Shown: positions 1 through 13,030 of the stretch, piece after piece
Layout of the letters: the number at the start of each line of letters is the position of its first letter
Numbering within the stretch: position 1 is the first letter of the stretch
Source of the DNA: Eledone cirrhosa
Taxonomy: Eukaryota
Reading direction: 5' to 3'
Assembly: GCA_964016885.1 (NCBI GenBank)
Contig: OZ024740.1
Location: forward strand, 157,232,001-157,296,000
Length of the DNA stretch: 64,000 nucleotides
Notes under the pieces: model-generated
Database searches by the model: none
Told to the model about the DNA's origin: nothing
Seen by the model: only the letters and a program-made list of their open reading frames with translations
Program-made: the position numbers and the translations under genes

Positions 1-114
1 ACGTTAATCTTGGTCTTCCACTTCTAGTGTGTCCATGTAGGTGCTCCCAAAGGAGCACTGAGTGCAATGTCAACTCTGGATGTCGGTGAGCATGTCCAGC
101 TAACCTCAGTCTCC
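1..114 (-). mobile_element. Fragment of the same RTE family as 16825-19219
   Basis: Aligns by eye with ~16943-17056 with scattered mismatches. Confidence 0.85.
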
Positions 115-175
115 ATATATATATAGAGATAGGGGGATAGAAAGAGAGGGAGAGAGAGGGAGAGATTATAAATAG

Positions 176-410
176 ATATCCTTCTTTATTTGCCACAGGG
201 GCGCACAAAAATGGGACATTACAAGACGTGACGGCGGGGGTTTTACATAAAATCTGTAACTGATAAATAACAATAAACTATATAAAAATAAAACAAATGA
301 AATGCTCATTTGAGGGGGGTAACGCTACTGCGGGGTTGTTTTACACCCCGTGGATAGAACAACCCTCAACACAAGGAACACGTTTTGTAGGTGTTCCCGA
401 AAAATAGATA
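176..410 (-). mobile_element. 3' UTR remnant of a related Tx1 element
   Basis: cttctttatttgccacaggggcgcacaaaaatgggaca resembles tttctttattagccacaggggcacaaaagaaggggaca at 8474-8511. Confidence 0.6.
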
Positions 411-1030
411 GACATATAATGTGTCAAAACCAATGTTATCCACTTTATTCTTTTCTTCGTGGGGAGATTGAAATTCTAATTCTTGTAAGTTAAAAAGTTA
501 GTCAGCGGCTGCTTAGTTCTTTCGTTGTTATATAATGGCAAGTCATTTATATCGAACAGACTTTCCAGTTGTGATTGAGATAATATTTTCAGCACTAAAT
601 AGTTGTATGTATAGATGCACCCATAAATCCTAGTGGGTTCATAGGACCATCTGGTGATATATGCAATGTCTTGAGCATTTTAAAGCTGGCGGAGCTCCTT
701 ACTCTCCAGATCTGGACACAGACGATTTCTTCCAGAGAAGAAGAGTGGGTTATAGAGGTGAAGCCCAAATAGGATACAAAGGATGAATCGACCGCAGTAC
801 GGTACTGTTACCTTTTTAGTTACCTCGGGTAAGGATGAAAAGCATAGTTGATTTAAACTCAGAACGCAGGAAGCCAAAAAGAATACCACAAACGTTTCTA
901 TTGAACGCTATAACTACTCTACCAATACGCTACAAACTTGTTAATTGATTTATGTCTAAAAGCTTTCACTCGGTACAGAAATATATGCAAACCTATCTAA
1001 AGGTTAAAAAGTATATACATATATACATAC

Positions 1031-1092
<62 letters not shown>

Positions 1093-1097
<5 letters not shown>

Positions 1098-2342
1098 ATT
1101 AAATAAATGGAAACTATATTTATAAAACCATATTTATTTCATTATATATATTTCAGGGATATCATATTAACAATATGCTATGCCTTCCTCAGACAAAATA
1201 CAATATAAACAGTTTTATAGACAAATAGATTCGACATACCGTAACAACATCGACTTGTTTTTGAAAAGGTTGATTTGGCAGTGAAAAAATTGTACACAGA
1301 GAGAAAGAAAGAGAGAAAAAAAAAAAAGAAAGACAGAAAACGAAGAAAAAGAAGAAAAAGAAGAAATGCATGGAACAAAATAGAGAGATGGAAAGATAGA
1401 TAAAGAGAAGAACTTCATGTAAAGAAACAGAAAGAGATATATATATATAGAGAGAGAGGAAATAGAGATAGATACATATATATAGAAAATTAGGTAGCGG
1501 GACGTCTGTTGAGTAAACGCATCAATGATACATTTATTTATTTATTTATTTATTTAGCTCTAGTATTAATGTAAGGGAGATATATAGAGAGAGGAATTTA
1601 AACTTCGACGGAATTTAAACTTCGCTATAATAACCACAAGAATTCTTTCACAGATCCAAGCAAAAAATCTTCAACGGCACTATCAGGCGTACTCTGGCAA
1701 CTTAAGCTAGATAACGTTAGATATTCGACGGCTTGGAATATAGTCTCAAGAGGGATTCCTTTTAATTCATCCTCTGAGACATGTGACCTCTGCGCAGAGG
1801 AGATATTCTTTATACTAAAATCTAAAAATTCCCTTAATCTACGGACAAATTTATTCAGTTGTTGCAAACATAGATTAAACTCAACGTTTAAATATAAATT
1901 TAAATTTAAAATGTAGTATATTTAGTTTGATTTATAATTATATGTGAAACTAGCCGATAAATCTTTGATTCCCTCTTTTTATTCTTTTTATTTTATTTTA
2001 TTTTTATTGAAACATTCCTCAAATTGTAGCCTTGGATTTTAAATGGTGTGAAATAACCATAGTGAGTATGATCTTTTTCAGCTCCAAAGGACGTCATTTG
2101 AAGCGCAGCAATATACCGCATAACATTGCTTCTGAAGTGTTCAGCTTTGTTAGTACTGACTCTAAGTAGTATATGGATAAAAGCTGGAGGGTAGATTAAT
2201 TTCAAATAGTATCAATTTTTCCTTTTTTCTGTAAAATCAAAGACTGTAAAACGACTTTATAAAAGCTAAGACAATATTGTTAAACCTTCCTATAGATCAA
2301 AGGATCTATAGTTTAAGCCGTTTCTAGACTTTCGTGGGACGT

Positions 2343-2385
<43 letters not shown>

Positions 2386-3972
2386 TCTGAATATCTAAGA
2401 CTTTTCATGTGATTCAACCAACCAGCCAACCAACCAGCCAATAAATATCTCTCTATATGTAGATTTCCTATAATAATAATGGTTTTACTTTTGGCACAAG
2501 GCCAGTAATCTGAAGGAGATGGGAAAGTCAATCAAATTGACCCCAGTACTTGACTGGTATTATTAAGCTACCCTAAAAGCTGATGCTCCAAATATTTCGA
2601 ATAAACGTTACACTAGATAAACTTCTATATTAAATATAAGAACACATGTAGACCAAATTGGGCATCCTAAACTTTTTGAAATGATCTTTGCTAGATGTGA
2701 TTTGATAGATAATTGTTGGCTTTATCTGTTTTTCGACTCTGATGCTTATAATGAACTTGGCAATATATTGTCAATTAATTTTTGAAGGGTTGATCTTTGT
2801 GGTTTATTTTTATTATTGTAGTATTTTCTAATATTTTTATTTTTAATATTTTTAATATGTAAATTTTTTAATATGTAATATTTTTAATATGTAATATTCT
2901 TTCGTAATATTTTTTAGTTTTCTATTTTATTATTACTTATTATTATTATTGTTATTTTTTAGTTTTGTTTCTGATATATATTTTTATTACTATATTGAAA
3001 TCTGCTCTATATTTCTGCTTGATAGATAATCTTGTAGAGTAAAGACAGGAATACTAATACACATATATGTATACTTAAATTGTTATACCACATTGAGAAT
3101 GTTTTCCGTGAACCTAGGGTTTGCAGAGTTGATCATGTAGATTCACATGGATGTTTGTAGCTATCACATAAACATATGAATTTTTTTAAAAAACTAAACA
3201 TAAGATCATTAATTTTCACACATTATGGATACTTGTCTCATTCAGGAATACTGATATTTACAATATAGTGGCTGGTTTTTATAAATACTAATACCTCTAC
3301 ATTAAAACATAGGGTTTTTTACGCCTCGCCTATATCTGGGTATTTTTTAATTTTTTCTCTCTCTATATTTTTTCTCTCTCTATATTTTTTCTCTATATAT
3401 ATATCTCCCTTACATTAATACTAGAGCTAAATAAATAAATAAATAAATAAATGTATCATTGATGCGTTTACTCAACAGACGTCCCACTACCTCATTTTCT
3501 ATATATATGTATCTATCTCTATTTCCTCTCTCTCTCTATATATATATATATATCTCTTTCTGTTTCTTTACATGAAGTTCTTCTCTTTATCTATCTTTCC
3601 ATCTCTCTATTTTGTTCCATGCATTTCTTCTTTTTCTTCGTTTTCTGTCTTTCTTTTTTTTTCTCTCTTTCTTTCTCTCTGTGTACAATTTTTTCACTGC
3701 CAAATCAACCTTTTCAAAAACAAGTCGATGTTGTTACGGTATGTCGAATCTATTTATCTATAAAACTGTTTATATTGTATTTTGTCTGAGGAAGGCATAG
3801 CATATTGTTAATATGATATCCCTGAAATATATATAATGAAATAAATATGGTTTTATAAATATAGTTTCCATTTATTTAATATTGTAAATATACTCCAAAT
3901 ATTTGTCGAGTGCTTTTATATCAGTTATAAATATTTACTAGTTGTAACCCAACAATTTAAATATAACTTTCC
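1093..3972 (+). mobile_element. Non-coding PLE-like element with ~500-bp inverted arms carrying hammerheads
   Basis: ~1093-1590 is the near-perfect reverse complement of ~3395-3886; the right arm extends ~85 bp further; both ends abut (TA)n. Confidence 0.75.
3778..3843 (+). ncRNA. Type I hammerhead ribozyme; inverted copy at ~1135-1200 (-)
   Basis: tattttgt-CTGAGGA-...catatt...aatatg...-GAAA-TATATA-TA-atgaaata. Confidence 0.78.
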
Positions 3973-4052
<80 letters not shown>

Positions 4053-4675
4053 CTATTTCAATATTATCGTAAAACAACATGTCAGGTTGGACTCTGCTGT
4101 TAAAAGCCAATTGTCGTGTTTATTAAAAACCACACCGGACATAATATATTATTTTATTTATCTATAACTAGCGAGGTACCCGGCATCGCCCAGGAGTTTA
4201 GTTAAGAGAAGACGGATAAAAGAGAAAACGACTGTATTGGATGTGTTGTCTGGTTTACAGTTTGGGGTGAGACCGTAATGTGTGTGTGTGAGAGAGACAT
4301 AAAAAAAACAATCGTAAAATTTCCTTATTAGGCTGGGGGAGTAAACTGTAGCCGATTAAATTGTAGCCTTGGATTTTAAATGGTGTGAAATAACCATAGT
4401 GAGTATGATCTTTTTCAGCTCCAAAGGACGTCATTTGAAACGCAGCAATATACCGCATAACATTGCTTCTGAAGTGTTCAGCTTTGTTAGTACTGACTCT
4501 AAGTAGTATATGGAGGGTAGATTAATTTCAAATTTCAAATAGTATCAATTTTTCCTTTTTTCTGTAAAATCAAAGACTGTAAAACGACTTTATAAAAGCT
4601 AAGACAATATTGTTAAACCTTCCTATAGATCAAAGGATCTATAGTTTAAGCCGTTTCTAGACTTTCGTGGGACGT

Positions 4676-4742
<67 letters not shown>

Positions 4743-4949
4743 TCTGAATATCTAAGACTTTTCATGTGATTCAACCAACCAGCCAACCAACCAGCCAATA
4801 AATATCTCTCTATATGTAGATTTCCTATAATAATAATGGTTTTACTTTTGGCACAAGGCCAGTAATCTGAAGGAGATGGGAAAGTCAATCAAATTGACCC
4901 CAGTACTTGACTGGTATTTCATTTCATTGAGTCAAAGCTAGTTGACTAA

Positions 4950-6050
4950 CAGTGTGGTTTTCGCACCGGACACATCACAGTTGACCAAATATTCACATTG
5001 CAGCAGGTCTTCAAGAACTCGTGAGAGTATTGCCAAAGGTGTATGCTTGTTTCATAGACCTGGAAAAGGCTCGCTATCGCATTCCCCGGCGCCTGTTGTG
5101 GAAGTTCTGCAGGAGTATAGGATCCACGAACAGCGTCTTTTTTCAAGAAGTCTTTATAAGAATACTCTAGTATTTGTGTACAGATAAATGGTGCTAAGTC
5201 GAAACCATTCAAAATGGGAGTCGAACTCCGCCAAGAGTGCGTACTATCACATTTCCTGTTGATAATCATAAACAAGATTGACATGCGCAACCGGGTAGGA
5301 AGTAATTTCAAGCCTGGCGAGTGTAGAATCAATCAGCTGGAATTTGCTGAGGACATGGTAATACTTAACCTGTCGGAAAGTGATCTTTGATATGTACATC
5401 ATAGGTGTGCTGCCGAGTGCAGCACGGCTGGAATGAAAGTCGGTGTTACAAAGATTGAGATACTATTCCACCGACGGAAACCTGCGCAGTGCATTCTAAA
5501 TGTAAGTGGAGTTCCACTGAAGCAGGTGGAGAAGTTCAAATATCTTAAGACCGTTTTCACGAGTGGTGGAAGGCACGAGGATGAATTAAGTCAAAGAATT
5601 TCAGGAGCTGGTACAGTAAGGCACCAACTTCAGCATTCGGTCATGAGAAGGTAGGTAGGTGTTAAACCCAAACCCACTATCTTCAATAAGGTTTTCCTGT
5701 CAACCCTTACCTGTGGTTATGAATCTTGGGTAATGACCGAAAGCATACGATCGTGAGTACAAGCGCCCAAAATAGGTTTCGTCTGAAGGGGATTTTGAGT
5801 AACAACGTTAGTCGATAGATCAGAGGGACACTCCAGGTAGAGCCACCACTTCTCCGAATTGAGAGATACCAGCTCCGATATTACGGACATGTATTCAGAA
5901 TATCCAGATAATCTCGGGCAAAACCAGCCGGCAGGTGGCCCAGCAGTAGATCTTGAGCAAAATGATTGAATAAGCTCGGCTGGTCTCACTTAGGGATCAA
6001 GCCGGATCAATTGAAGACAATTGCTTCTGATAGGACCTCCCGGGAATAAA
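4950..6050 (+). mobile_element. Decayed RTE/BovB-like RT fragment
   Basis: Frame-broken CGFR..HITVDQIFTLQQ, CFIDLEKA, LRQECVLS, FAED, QVEKFKYL, LTCGYESW. A related 3' end lies at ~26615-26805. Confidence 0.8.
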
Positions 6051-6701
6051 AAGAAGTTCGCCTCATAATTTTACTGTGCAAAGATGTTGTTGTTGTTATT
6101 ATATTTATTGTTGCTGTTGTTGTTGTTGTTGCTGCTGTCACTCTTTTAACTTTGGTTGCTTAATTTTGAAGACAACCCACTGTTTTTGTTGTTGGTTCTG
6201 TTACTGCTGATTTTGTAGTTGTTGTAGTTCTTGTTGTTGCTGGTAGTCGTCGTGATGCTACTATTACTGCTGTTGTTGTTGTGGAGGTAATGGTGAGAGT
6301 GGTGATATTAGTGGATAGGCGGCTGTTCTGGTACTTTAATTTATCGCCCCCGTAAGGATGATAGGGAAAGCTTACCTCGGCGGGATTTGAACTCAGAACG
6401 TAAAGGGTCGTAATTCTATACGTTAAAGCATCATGCCTGATGCTCTGCTGATACTGGCAATAATAATGGTTTCTGATTTAGGCACAAGGCCAGCAATTAC
6501 CCAGTGCATTACTGGTACTTTATTTTATCGACCCCGCAAGGATGAAAGGCAAAGTTAACCTCGGCGGGATTTGAACTCAGATCGTAAAGGGACGTAACTA
6601 TGCTGGAAAGCATGGCGTCCGACTCTCTAGCTATACTGCCAATCCATAATAATAATGGTCATTAAAAAACATGCACAGTAATTTTTTTCGTTTCGTTACA
6701 G

Positions 6702-6781
6702 ATCAGCTTTTTATTCTTCATCGATAACATTCGGATATTATTCAAAAGAACAGTGGCCAGGATGAGAAACAGAACATCTAG
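6702..6781 (+). CDS. Internal exon of a class B1 (secretin-family) GPCR: end of TM5 plus ICL3
   Basis: Acceptor tttcgttacag (AG 6700-6701) and donor ag|gtaaat (6782). The 80 nt translate to ISFLFFIDNIRILFKRTVARMRNRTS+ag, resembling the class B motif (V/I)NFxxFINIxRxL. Ends in phase 2, matching the start of the 61556 exon (ag+a = Arg). Too short for the ORF track. Confidence 0.75.
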
Positions 6782-6799
6782 GTAAATGTAAGTATCTCA

Positions 6800-6871
<72 letters not shown>

Positions 6872-6895
6872 CCTTCTCTCTCACTCTCGCTCTCA

Positions 6896-6972
<77 letters not shown>

Positions 6973-7022
6973 CTCTCTCTCTCTCTCTCTCTCACTCTCT
7001 CTCTCTCACTCTCTCTCTCTCC

Positions 7023-7070
<48 letters not shown>

Positions 7071-7208
7071 TCTGATGAGCGAACTAGGTGTATATCAATA
7101 TTGTCTAGGGTCCTGAAACCTTTGGTGATGGAGTAGTTATATTGTATTGTTTACTTTCTAATTAGATATATGTATATATACATATATATATATACATATA
7201 TATATATT

Positions 7209-7269
<61 letters not shown>

Positions 7270-7444
7270 TTTTATTTATTAATTTTTTCTTTCAATTTTT
7301 TAAGTCATTAGAATCTGGCCGTGATTTAGTCGATCAGTTATACATGTTACGTAATTCTAAAACGAAAAGGAAAGGAAAAAAGAGTGCTCTATGTATAGAA
7401 CAGAGCTATTTAATTAAAAAGTGAACAACACAAAATATAACTAC

Positions 7445-7510
7445 TCCATTACCAAAGGTTTCTGGATCACAGATGACAATAATATACGTCTGGATAGTTC
7501 GTCAGACAGA
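7445..7510 (-). ncRNA. Type I hammerhead ribozyme; a related + copy at 7072-7132 has a non-cleavable GUG triplet
   Basis: Reverse strand: tctgt-CTGACGA-...-GAAACC-TTT-GGTA-atgga. Confidence 0.78.
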
Positions 7511-7896
7511 GATGTTATAGATAAAAGATATGAAATGAGATTTTAAATCTGTTAAAAATTGGAAGTGAGGCTGGAAAAATAACGGGAATTATACATAAGA
7601 AAAGAAGAGAAAGAAAATAACATTAAAAAAAAAAATAAATAAAAGTATATAGCAATACAGAAAAAGACATATATGTACATACATATAATCACACACATAC
7701 ACACATTCAGATAAAAGGAAAAAATATATATATATGTATATATACATACATGCACACACATATATATATATATATATATACACACAAACATACATGAACA
7801 CGGACATACACATATATATAGATACACACACACATATATAAAAACATATCCATACATACGTACAGACATATACAAATACATATACACACATATATC

Positions 7897-7961
<65 letters not shown>

Positions 7962-8404
7962 CATGCATATATACATATATATGTATATATGGCACGGGCA
8001 CACTCGTCTGCAAAAACATACATACGCGAACACACACACATATATATATATATGAAATGATACGGAGACGTCACAGACATATAGTTAAAGATGAATACAA
8101 TCACATACGCAAAACTACACACACATAAATACACATATATATACACACACATAAATACATATATATATATATATACGTACGCAACCACATATATATAAAT
8201 AATATATACATATATATACACACACATACATATACAAATACATATATACACACATATACATATATATATATGTGTATATAGGAACGATCGACATTCGTCA
8301 AATCGGACCGAGGAAACAATGTTTCCATTGGTCTTACCAATTGCTAATACTATCTATCGGTCGCAACTCCAGGTAGAAGGCGCAACGTGAAATAAAGTGT
8401 CTTG

Positions 8405-8450
<46 letters not shown>

Positions 8451-8709
8451 TAATAGATAGATAGATAGATATATTTCTTTATTAGCCACAGGGGCACAAA
8501 AGAAGGGGACAAATACAAAGGGGGAAGTTTACATACAATAAAAACGTGTAAAATGTTATCACAGATGGAATTTAAAAGTTAGTCGATTTTCCCCAATAGA
8601 GGGAGACAGTTTATATGGGTAACACATACCCCCGAAAAAATGTGCAACCCTCATCTCCAGGAGTACGAAGAGCTTGTACTCCTTTCCTCTCCTCCTCCTT
8701 TTCCTCAAT

Positions 8710-11700
8710 CTACAGGCTGATATAGAGAGAAGGCCCATTCACTCGGGCCATTCTCGCCACTTTCACCCACCTTTCATAAAACTTGCTGCGGTACAGCACC
8801 TCTCTCTCCATCCTGATTCTTCTTCCAAAGTGGTATTTGAAAAAAAGAATCAGTTGTTGGCCGGAGAGAAAGGTGTCTGACCTCAGCCCTTTCAACCTTG
8901 TCCACCATACAACCTCTTTCGCCATAGCTATCACACAAAGGAAAACCGCCTCTCCTTCGTTTTTGAAGGAGGGTGGCGGTTTGATCATGACAATGGACTC
9001 GGTGGTCAACTGGATTGGTCCCACCCGCGACAATAGTCGTTCTACATATCCCCACAGGTCAGTGACGCCCGGGCAGTGTATGAATGCGTGCGCGACGGTT
9101 TCTTCGTCTCGCACGCACCTCGGACAGATCTTTTTTGCAGGGTCCCTGCCCGGGCGCCCATGTCTGTAGAGCTTGTCTCGAACTGGTAGAGCTCCTCGGT
9201 AGCACTGCCAGGCCAGGGACTTTTGGAAGTTGTCCATCGGTCCCGGGCGGAAGGTCCTACCGAACAGACTGGCCAGTTCATCTTCCTCCACGCCTAGAGT
9301 TTCACCGAGCGCGTCGTCGCACTTGCTGCGGACCAACCCTCTATAGAATGACGAAGTGGAGTCTCCACTGATCGCCGGGTCCGCCTGCCAGAGGGCTGTG
9401 AGCGCCTGAGCACATTCGATGTGCCAGTCGCCCATTTTCCTCGGTCTCTGCTTGACCCAGGACTGCAGCTCGGTCAGTGAGACGAGTCGTGGGAAGGCTC
9501 GCCTCACGAACGGGGCCCACACCGGTTGTCCGGTGAGGAATACGTAGAGATGCCGCAGCCTGAGCGCGTGTTTGCGCATCGTCAACCACGGCATCCCCAG
9601 CCCTCCGTTAGAAGGGTGTTGGCAGCAGATGGATCTTCTTACCAAAGGAGCCCGCCTCTTCCAAAGGAATCGGAAGAGGGCGCGCTCCATTTTGGCAAGC
9701 GTTTTGGCTGGACAAGGCACGACGGTCAAGCGGTAGTAGATGGCGGACGCTATAAAAGTGTTCGCCACCTCCGCTCGACCTTTCAAGGATAGTTTGCACT
9801 CGGCCCACTTCTGGGTGAGTGCAAACACCTTGGCCGTCACTTCGTTCCAGTTCTTCTCCACCTGGAGGTCCGGACCAAACCAGACCCCGAGCAGCTTTAC
9901 CGGTCCTTCCGTCCAGCGTCCGACGACGCCATCGGAAGGCATCGGTCTGCCTCTCCACGATCCGAGTTGCAAACCGATGGACTTGTCCCGGTTCAGCTTC
10001 GCTCCTGTGAGACTTTCGTATTCCTTTAGTAAGGTGCCGACTTTCTCGATTTGCGAGGCGCTCGACACCATTACTGTCACGTCGTCGGCGTAGGCCGACG
10101 CTGCTTTCCGCAGTCCCGGTTCCAGAGGGATGCCCTGCAATAGCTCCAGCTTCCGCAGTAGTGGCTCGAGAGTCAGTACGTACAGAAGGGAGGAGAGAGG
10201 GCATCCCTGTCGAATGGATCGCGTAATATGGAACGGCTCCGAGAGGTAACCGTTCACCTTGACCCTTGAGCAGATGTTGCTGTTGTGCATTGCAGCAATC
10301 CAGCCCCTGAACACGGGTCCGAAGCCTGCCGCCTCGAGCACCGCATCCAGGTAACGATGGTCAACCCTATCGAAAGCCTTAGACTGATCCAAGTTGATCA
10401 GGGCCCCACCGAAGCCGGGTTTACACCCTACCCTCTCTATGATGTATCGCATGAGGTGGAGGTTGTCGTGTATGGACCTGGTCGGGATCGCGCATGTCTG
10501 CGCTTCTCCCACCAGGTTCTCGACGACAAGCGCCAGCCTCTTTGCCAACACCTTGGCCAAAATCTGTAACTCTGTGTTTAGCAGAGTTATGGGCCGGAAG
10601 TTGCCTATGTCATCCCCCTTATTCTCGTCCTTCCTGATTAGTGTGACCACGCCCCCGGTTACAGAACTGGGAATTCTCCCGTTCTGTTGCCAGTTGCAGT
10701 AGACCGCTTCCAGGAGACCGGAGAATAAGTCCGGCATTGCTACGTAAAATTCGTAGGGTAGACCGTCGAGACCTGGAGATTTGCGTTTGCCGCATTGGCT
10801 CAGCGCGTCCCCTATCTCAGTGGCTGAAATCGGCTTTTCGCAGAACTTCGCCTCGCTGTCCGAGAGTCGCGGTAGGCCGTCGAGGTATGGACCGAAATCC
10901 ATAGCCTCTCCCGGCGCGCCGCTCCCCCCGAACAGCCGAGCAAAGTGCCGCTGAAAAGCCGCACACATCTGCTTCGGCTCACGTATCACGCGTCCGTTTT
11001 GGTCCTTCAAAGACCGAATCGTGGACTTGTTGCCACTTTTTGCCTCCGTCACTCGGGCCCAGCTAACAGCTTTGGCTCCCTCGTTTCCCAGAGCACGTAT
11101 TTTGCTTCTGACAACGCAGCCCTCGTGCTTTGCGTCGAAGAACTGGTCCAAGGCCGTTCTCGTTGCTAGCACGCTGGCTACGTTGCCACTTCTAATAGCC
11201 TCTTCTACTTTATCTACCAGTTCCTTCTCGGTTCTATTTCTATCTAACGCTAATTCTTTACTAAAAACTATCGAGTCTAATCTAACTGCCCTCTTGAGAG
11301 AGTACCACCATCTGTTGTTGACAATGGCCCCTGTCAAGTGCTGTTTAACTAAAGTGCTAATCCGTCTACTGTAGGCTTTGCTTGTCGGTAACGACAAGTT
11401 CAGCTTCCAGTAGCCGGGTCCTTGTCTATGGGTTCTATCAAGGTTGGCCATGCAGGTCACTAGTTTGTGATCCGAATAGGCAACCATGAACATTTGTGGA
11501 CAGCTTAACATGTCCCTATCCTTATTTCTAACTAGAACCCTATCTAGGTACGATCTAGATGTTCCGCTACGATTACTCCACGTCCACAGTGGCGCAGTCG
11601 GAAAATCTAGTCGATATCTATCGGCCAGGTCAAATCGGTCGATTAACTGTTTGAGGCTGTTACACCCCCCTTTATCGGGACATGCTCCCACATAGTCCCA

Positions 11701-12147
11701 ACGTGCATCTAGGATTCCATTCCAGTCCCCCACTAAAAGCAAGGAGCGGGACGTTCCCAGAAAAGTCTCTAGACGTTTGAAGAAGTCTGGCCGCGGTGTC
11801 CCGGATGGGGCATATGCGGCCACCAGCCTGAACGCTCCACCTTCACTACCGTCAACGTCTAGGACCACCAGTCGACCCTCCGGGTCCAGATGTACCGTCT
11901 GTGTTACGAGGCCCAGGTGTTTCCGCAGCAAAACGGCAACTCCGCCCCCACCCCCCGGTTGACAGAGAGATGCGTAGATCTCAAAGTCATCGAAGATGGG
12001 GGCCAGCTGTCGCTCGCCGTGGATCCTGGACTCGCAAATGGCTACCACATCCAAACTGTGCGACCTGAGGTCGTTTAAGAGTTTGCCCTGTTTCCAGGGC
12101 ATCCCCAGGCCGCGTACGTTCACACATCCAACTCTTATATTGGCCAT
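8710..12147 (-). CDS. Tx1-like ORF2, intact 1145 aa: APE endonuclease, reverse transcriptase, C-terminal Zn finger
   Basis: APE motifs CVNVRGL, GDWN, SYLDRVLV, SDH; RT motifs KSPGLDGLPYEFY, FRPITLLN, LDQSKAFDRVDH, RQGCPLS, YADD; C-terminal CPRC...ETVAHAFIHC. Confidence 0.96.
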   Translation of the reverse strand: MANIRVGCVNVRGLGMPWKQGKLLNDLRSHSLDVVAICESRIHGERQLAPIFDDFEIYASLCQPGGGGGVAVLLRKHLGLVTQTVHLDPEGRLVVLDVDGSEGGAFRLVAAYAPSGTPRPDFFKRLETFLGTSRSLLLVGDWNGILDARWDYVGACPDKGGCNSLKQLIDRFDLADRYRLDFPTAPLWTWSNRSGTSRSYLDRVLVRNKDRDMLSCPQMFMVAYSDHKLVTCMANLDRTHRQGPGYWKLNLSLPTSKAYSRRISTLVKQHLTGAIVNNRWWYSLKRAVRLDSIVFSKELALDRNRTEKELVDKVEEAIRSGNVASVLATRTALDQFFDAKHEGCVVRSKIRALGNEGAKAVSWARVTEAKSGNKSTIRSLKDQNGRVIREPKQMCAAFQRHFARLFGGSGAPGEAMDFGPYLDGLPRLSDSEAKFCEKPISATEIGDALSQCGKRKSPGLDGLPYEFYVAMPDLFSGLLEAVYCNWQQNGRIPSSVTGGVVTLIRKDENKGDDIGNFRPITLLNTELQILAKVLAKRLALVVENLVGEAQTCAIPTRSIHDNLHLMRYIIERVGCKPGFGGALINLDQSKAFDRVDHRYLDAVLEAAGFGPVFRGWIAAMHNSNICSRVKVNGYLSEPFHITRSIRQGCPLSSLLYVLTLEPLLRKLELLQGIPLEPGLRKAASAYADDVTVMVSSASQIEKVGTLLKEYESLTGAKLNRDKSIGLQLGSWRGRPMPSDGVVGRWTEGPVKLLGVWFGPDLQVEKNWNEVTAKVFALTQKWAECKLSLKGRAEVANTFIASAIYYRLTVVPCPAKTLAKMERALFRFLWKRRAPLVRRSICCQHPSNGGLGMPWLTMRKHALRLRHLYVFLTGQPVWAPFVRRAFPRLVSLTELQSWVKQRPRKMGDWHIECAQALTALWQADPAISGDSTSSFYRGLVRSKCDDALGETLGVEEDELASLFGRTFRPGPMDNFQKSLAWQCYRGALPVRDKLYRHGRPGRDPAKKICPRCVRDEETVAHAFIHCPGVTDLWGYVERLLSRVGPIQLTTESIVMIKPPPSFKNEGEAVFLCVIAMAKEVVWWTRLKGLRSDTFLSGQQLILFFKYHFGRRIRMEREVLYRSKFYERWVKVARMARVNGPSLYISL

Positions 12148-12180
12148 GTTGGTGCTGAAAAGTTAAAAGAGGAAAAGAGA

Positions 12181-13030
12181 TCACTCACCCTTCGCCTCCT
12201 GGGGACCAGGCCGCACGATTTCCATGGGGGTGTTGGAGGGGTTGTCTGGATGGGTGGTGGTTTCCGGCGGGGTGGGGACGCAGATGTTTGGTGGGGTGGG
12301 GTCTGGTGGGATGGGGGTGTCTGGGGTGGGGAGGCATTTGAGAAGGACGCGGTTGAGTGGTTTCACGCAGGAATTCCCCACATCCTTCTCAAATGTTTCT
12401 TTTAGGGACCTATAAGTTTGTATAGGGACCCTAATCAGTTTTAGGTTCATTTTTTTGCTATTTTTTATAGAGTGGGCGAAAGTTTTCCCTTCGGTGAAAG
12501 CCGAAGGGTCGTTCGTAATGGTCTCCATTAGTGTTTTGTTTTCAGTGTTTATGTAAGTGTAAGTGTAATTTTCTTGTGTTGTGTTTGTTTTTGTCTGTAG
12601 TTCTTGTGTGTGCTTTCGTTTTGTTGTAGGTATTTTGTTTTCAGGAGGTGGGGGTTTTGTTTGTGATATTTTTGTTGTTTGTGTTGGTGGTTGTATGTTT
12701 GTGGTAGTGTTTGCTGGTTTTTTGCTTTTGTGATGTCTTTTCTTTCTTTTCGAGCGATGGGGTTCTCCCTCGTCTTCACTGGGTGATGGCGAGATAGCCT
12801 CATCTGTTGTATCGTCTGTGTGATTGGGGAGGGGTATGTCTTGGGGAGCTGTTGTGTCTGTATGTGATTTTGCAGTGGTTTTAGGTGGAGTGAGGTTGGG
12901 TGGGACTGTGTTTGTTGTGGTTATTTTTGTGTGTTGGTGTTGTTGTTGTAGTGATGGTGTTGGTGGTTGTGTTGTTTTGATGGGTGTCGGCAGAAGAGCC
13001 TTTTTTTGGTTCATTAGTTTAGGACAGTTT
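12181..13030 (-). pseudogene. C-terminal half of Tx1 ORF1 (subfamily A), 5'-truncated at the end of the zinc knuckle
   Basis: NCPKLMNQKKALLPTP...YTYINTENK...CVKPLNRVLLK aligns by eye with NCPKRIPQKGLLPTP...YTYINKENK...CLKPLNRVLLK of the 14712 ORF1. Confidence 0.85.

Noticed and set aside
620-760. Similarity to ~22232-22380
   Set aside because: Probably an old dispersed repeat; too diverged to classify.
1625-1867. 80-aa minus-strand ORF in the spacer of the inverted-arm element
   Set aside because: No recognisable domain and a non-ATG start; cannot be supported without a search.
4165-4360. Helitron-like start (actagc...tacccggcatcgccc)
   Set aside because: Only a short terminal resemblance; the other end was not identified.
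6788-6793. Stronger-looking donor gtaagt 6 nt downstream of the called exon end
   Set aside because: Using it would include an in-frame TAA.
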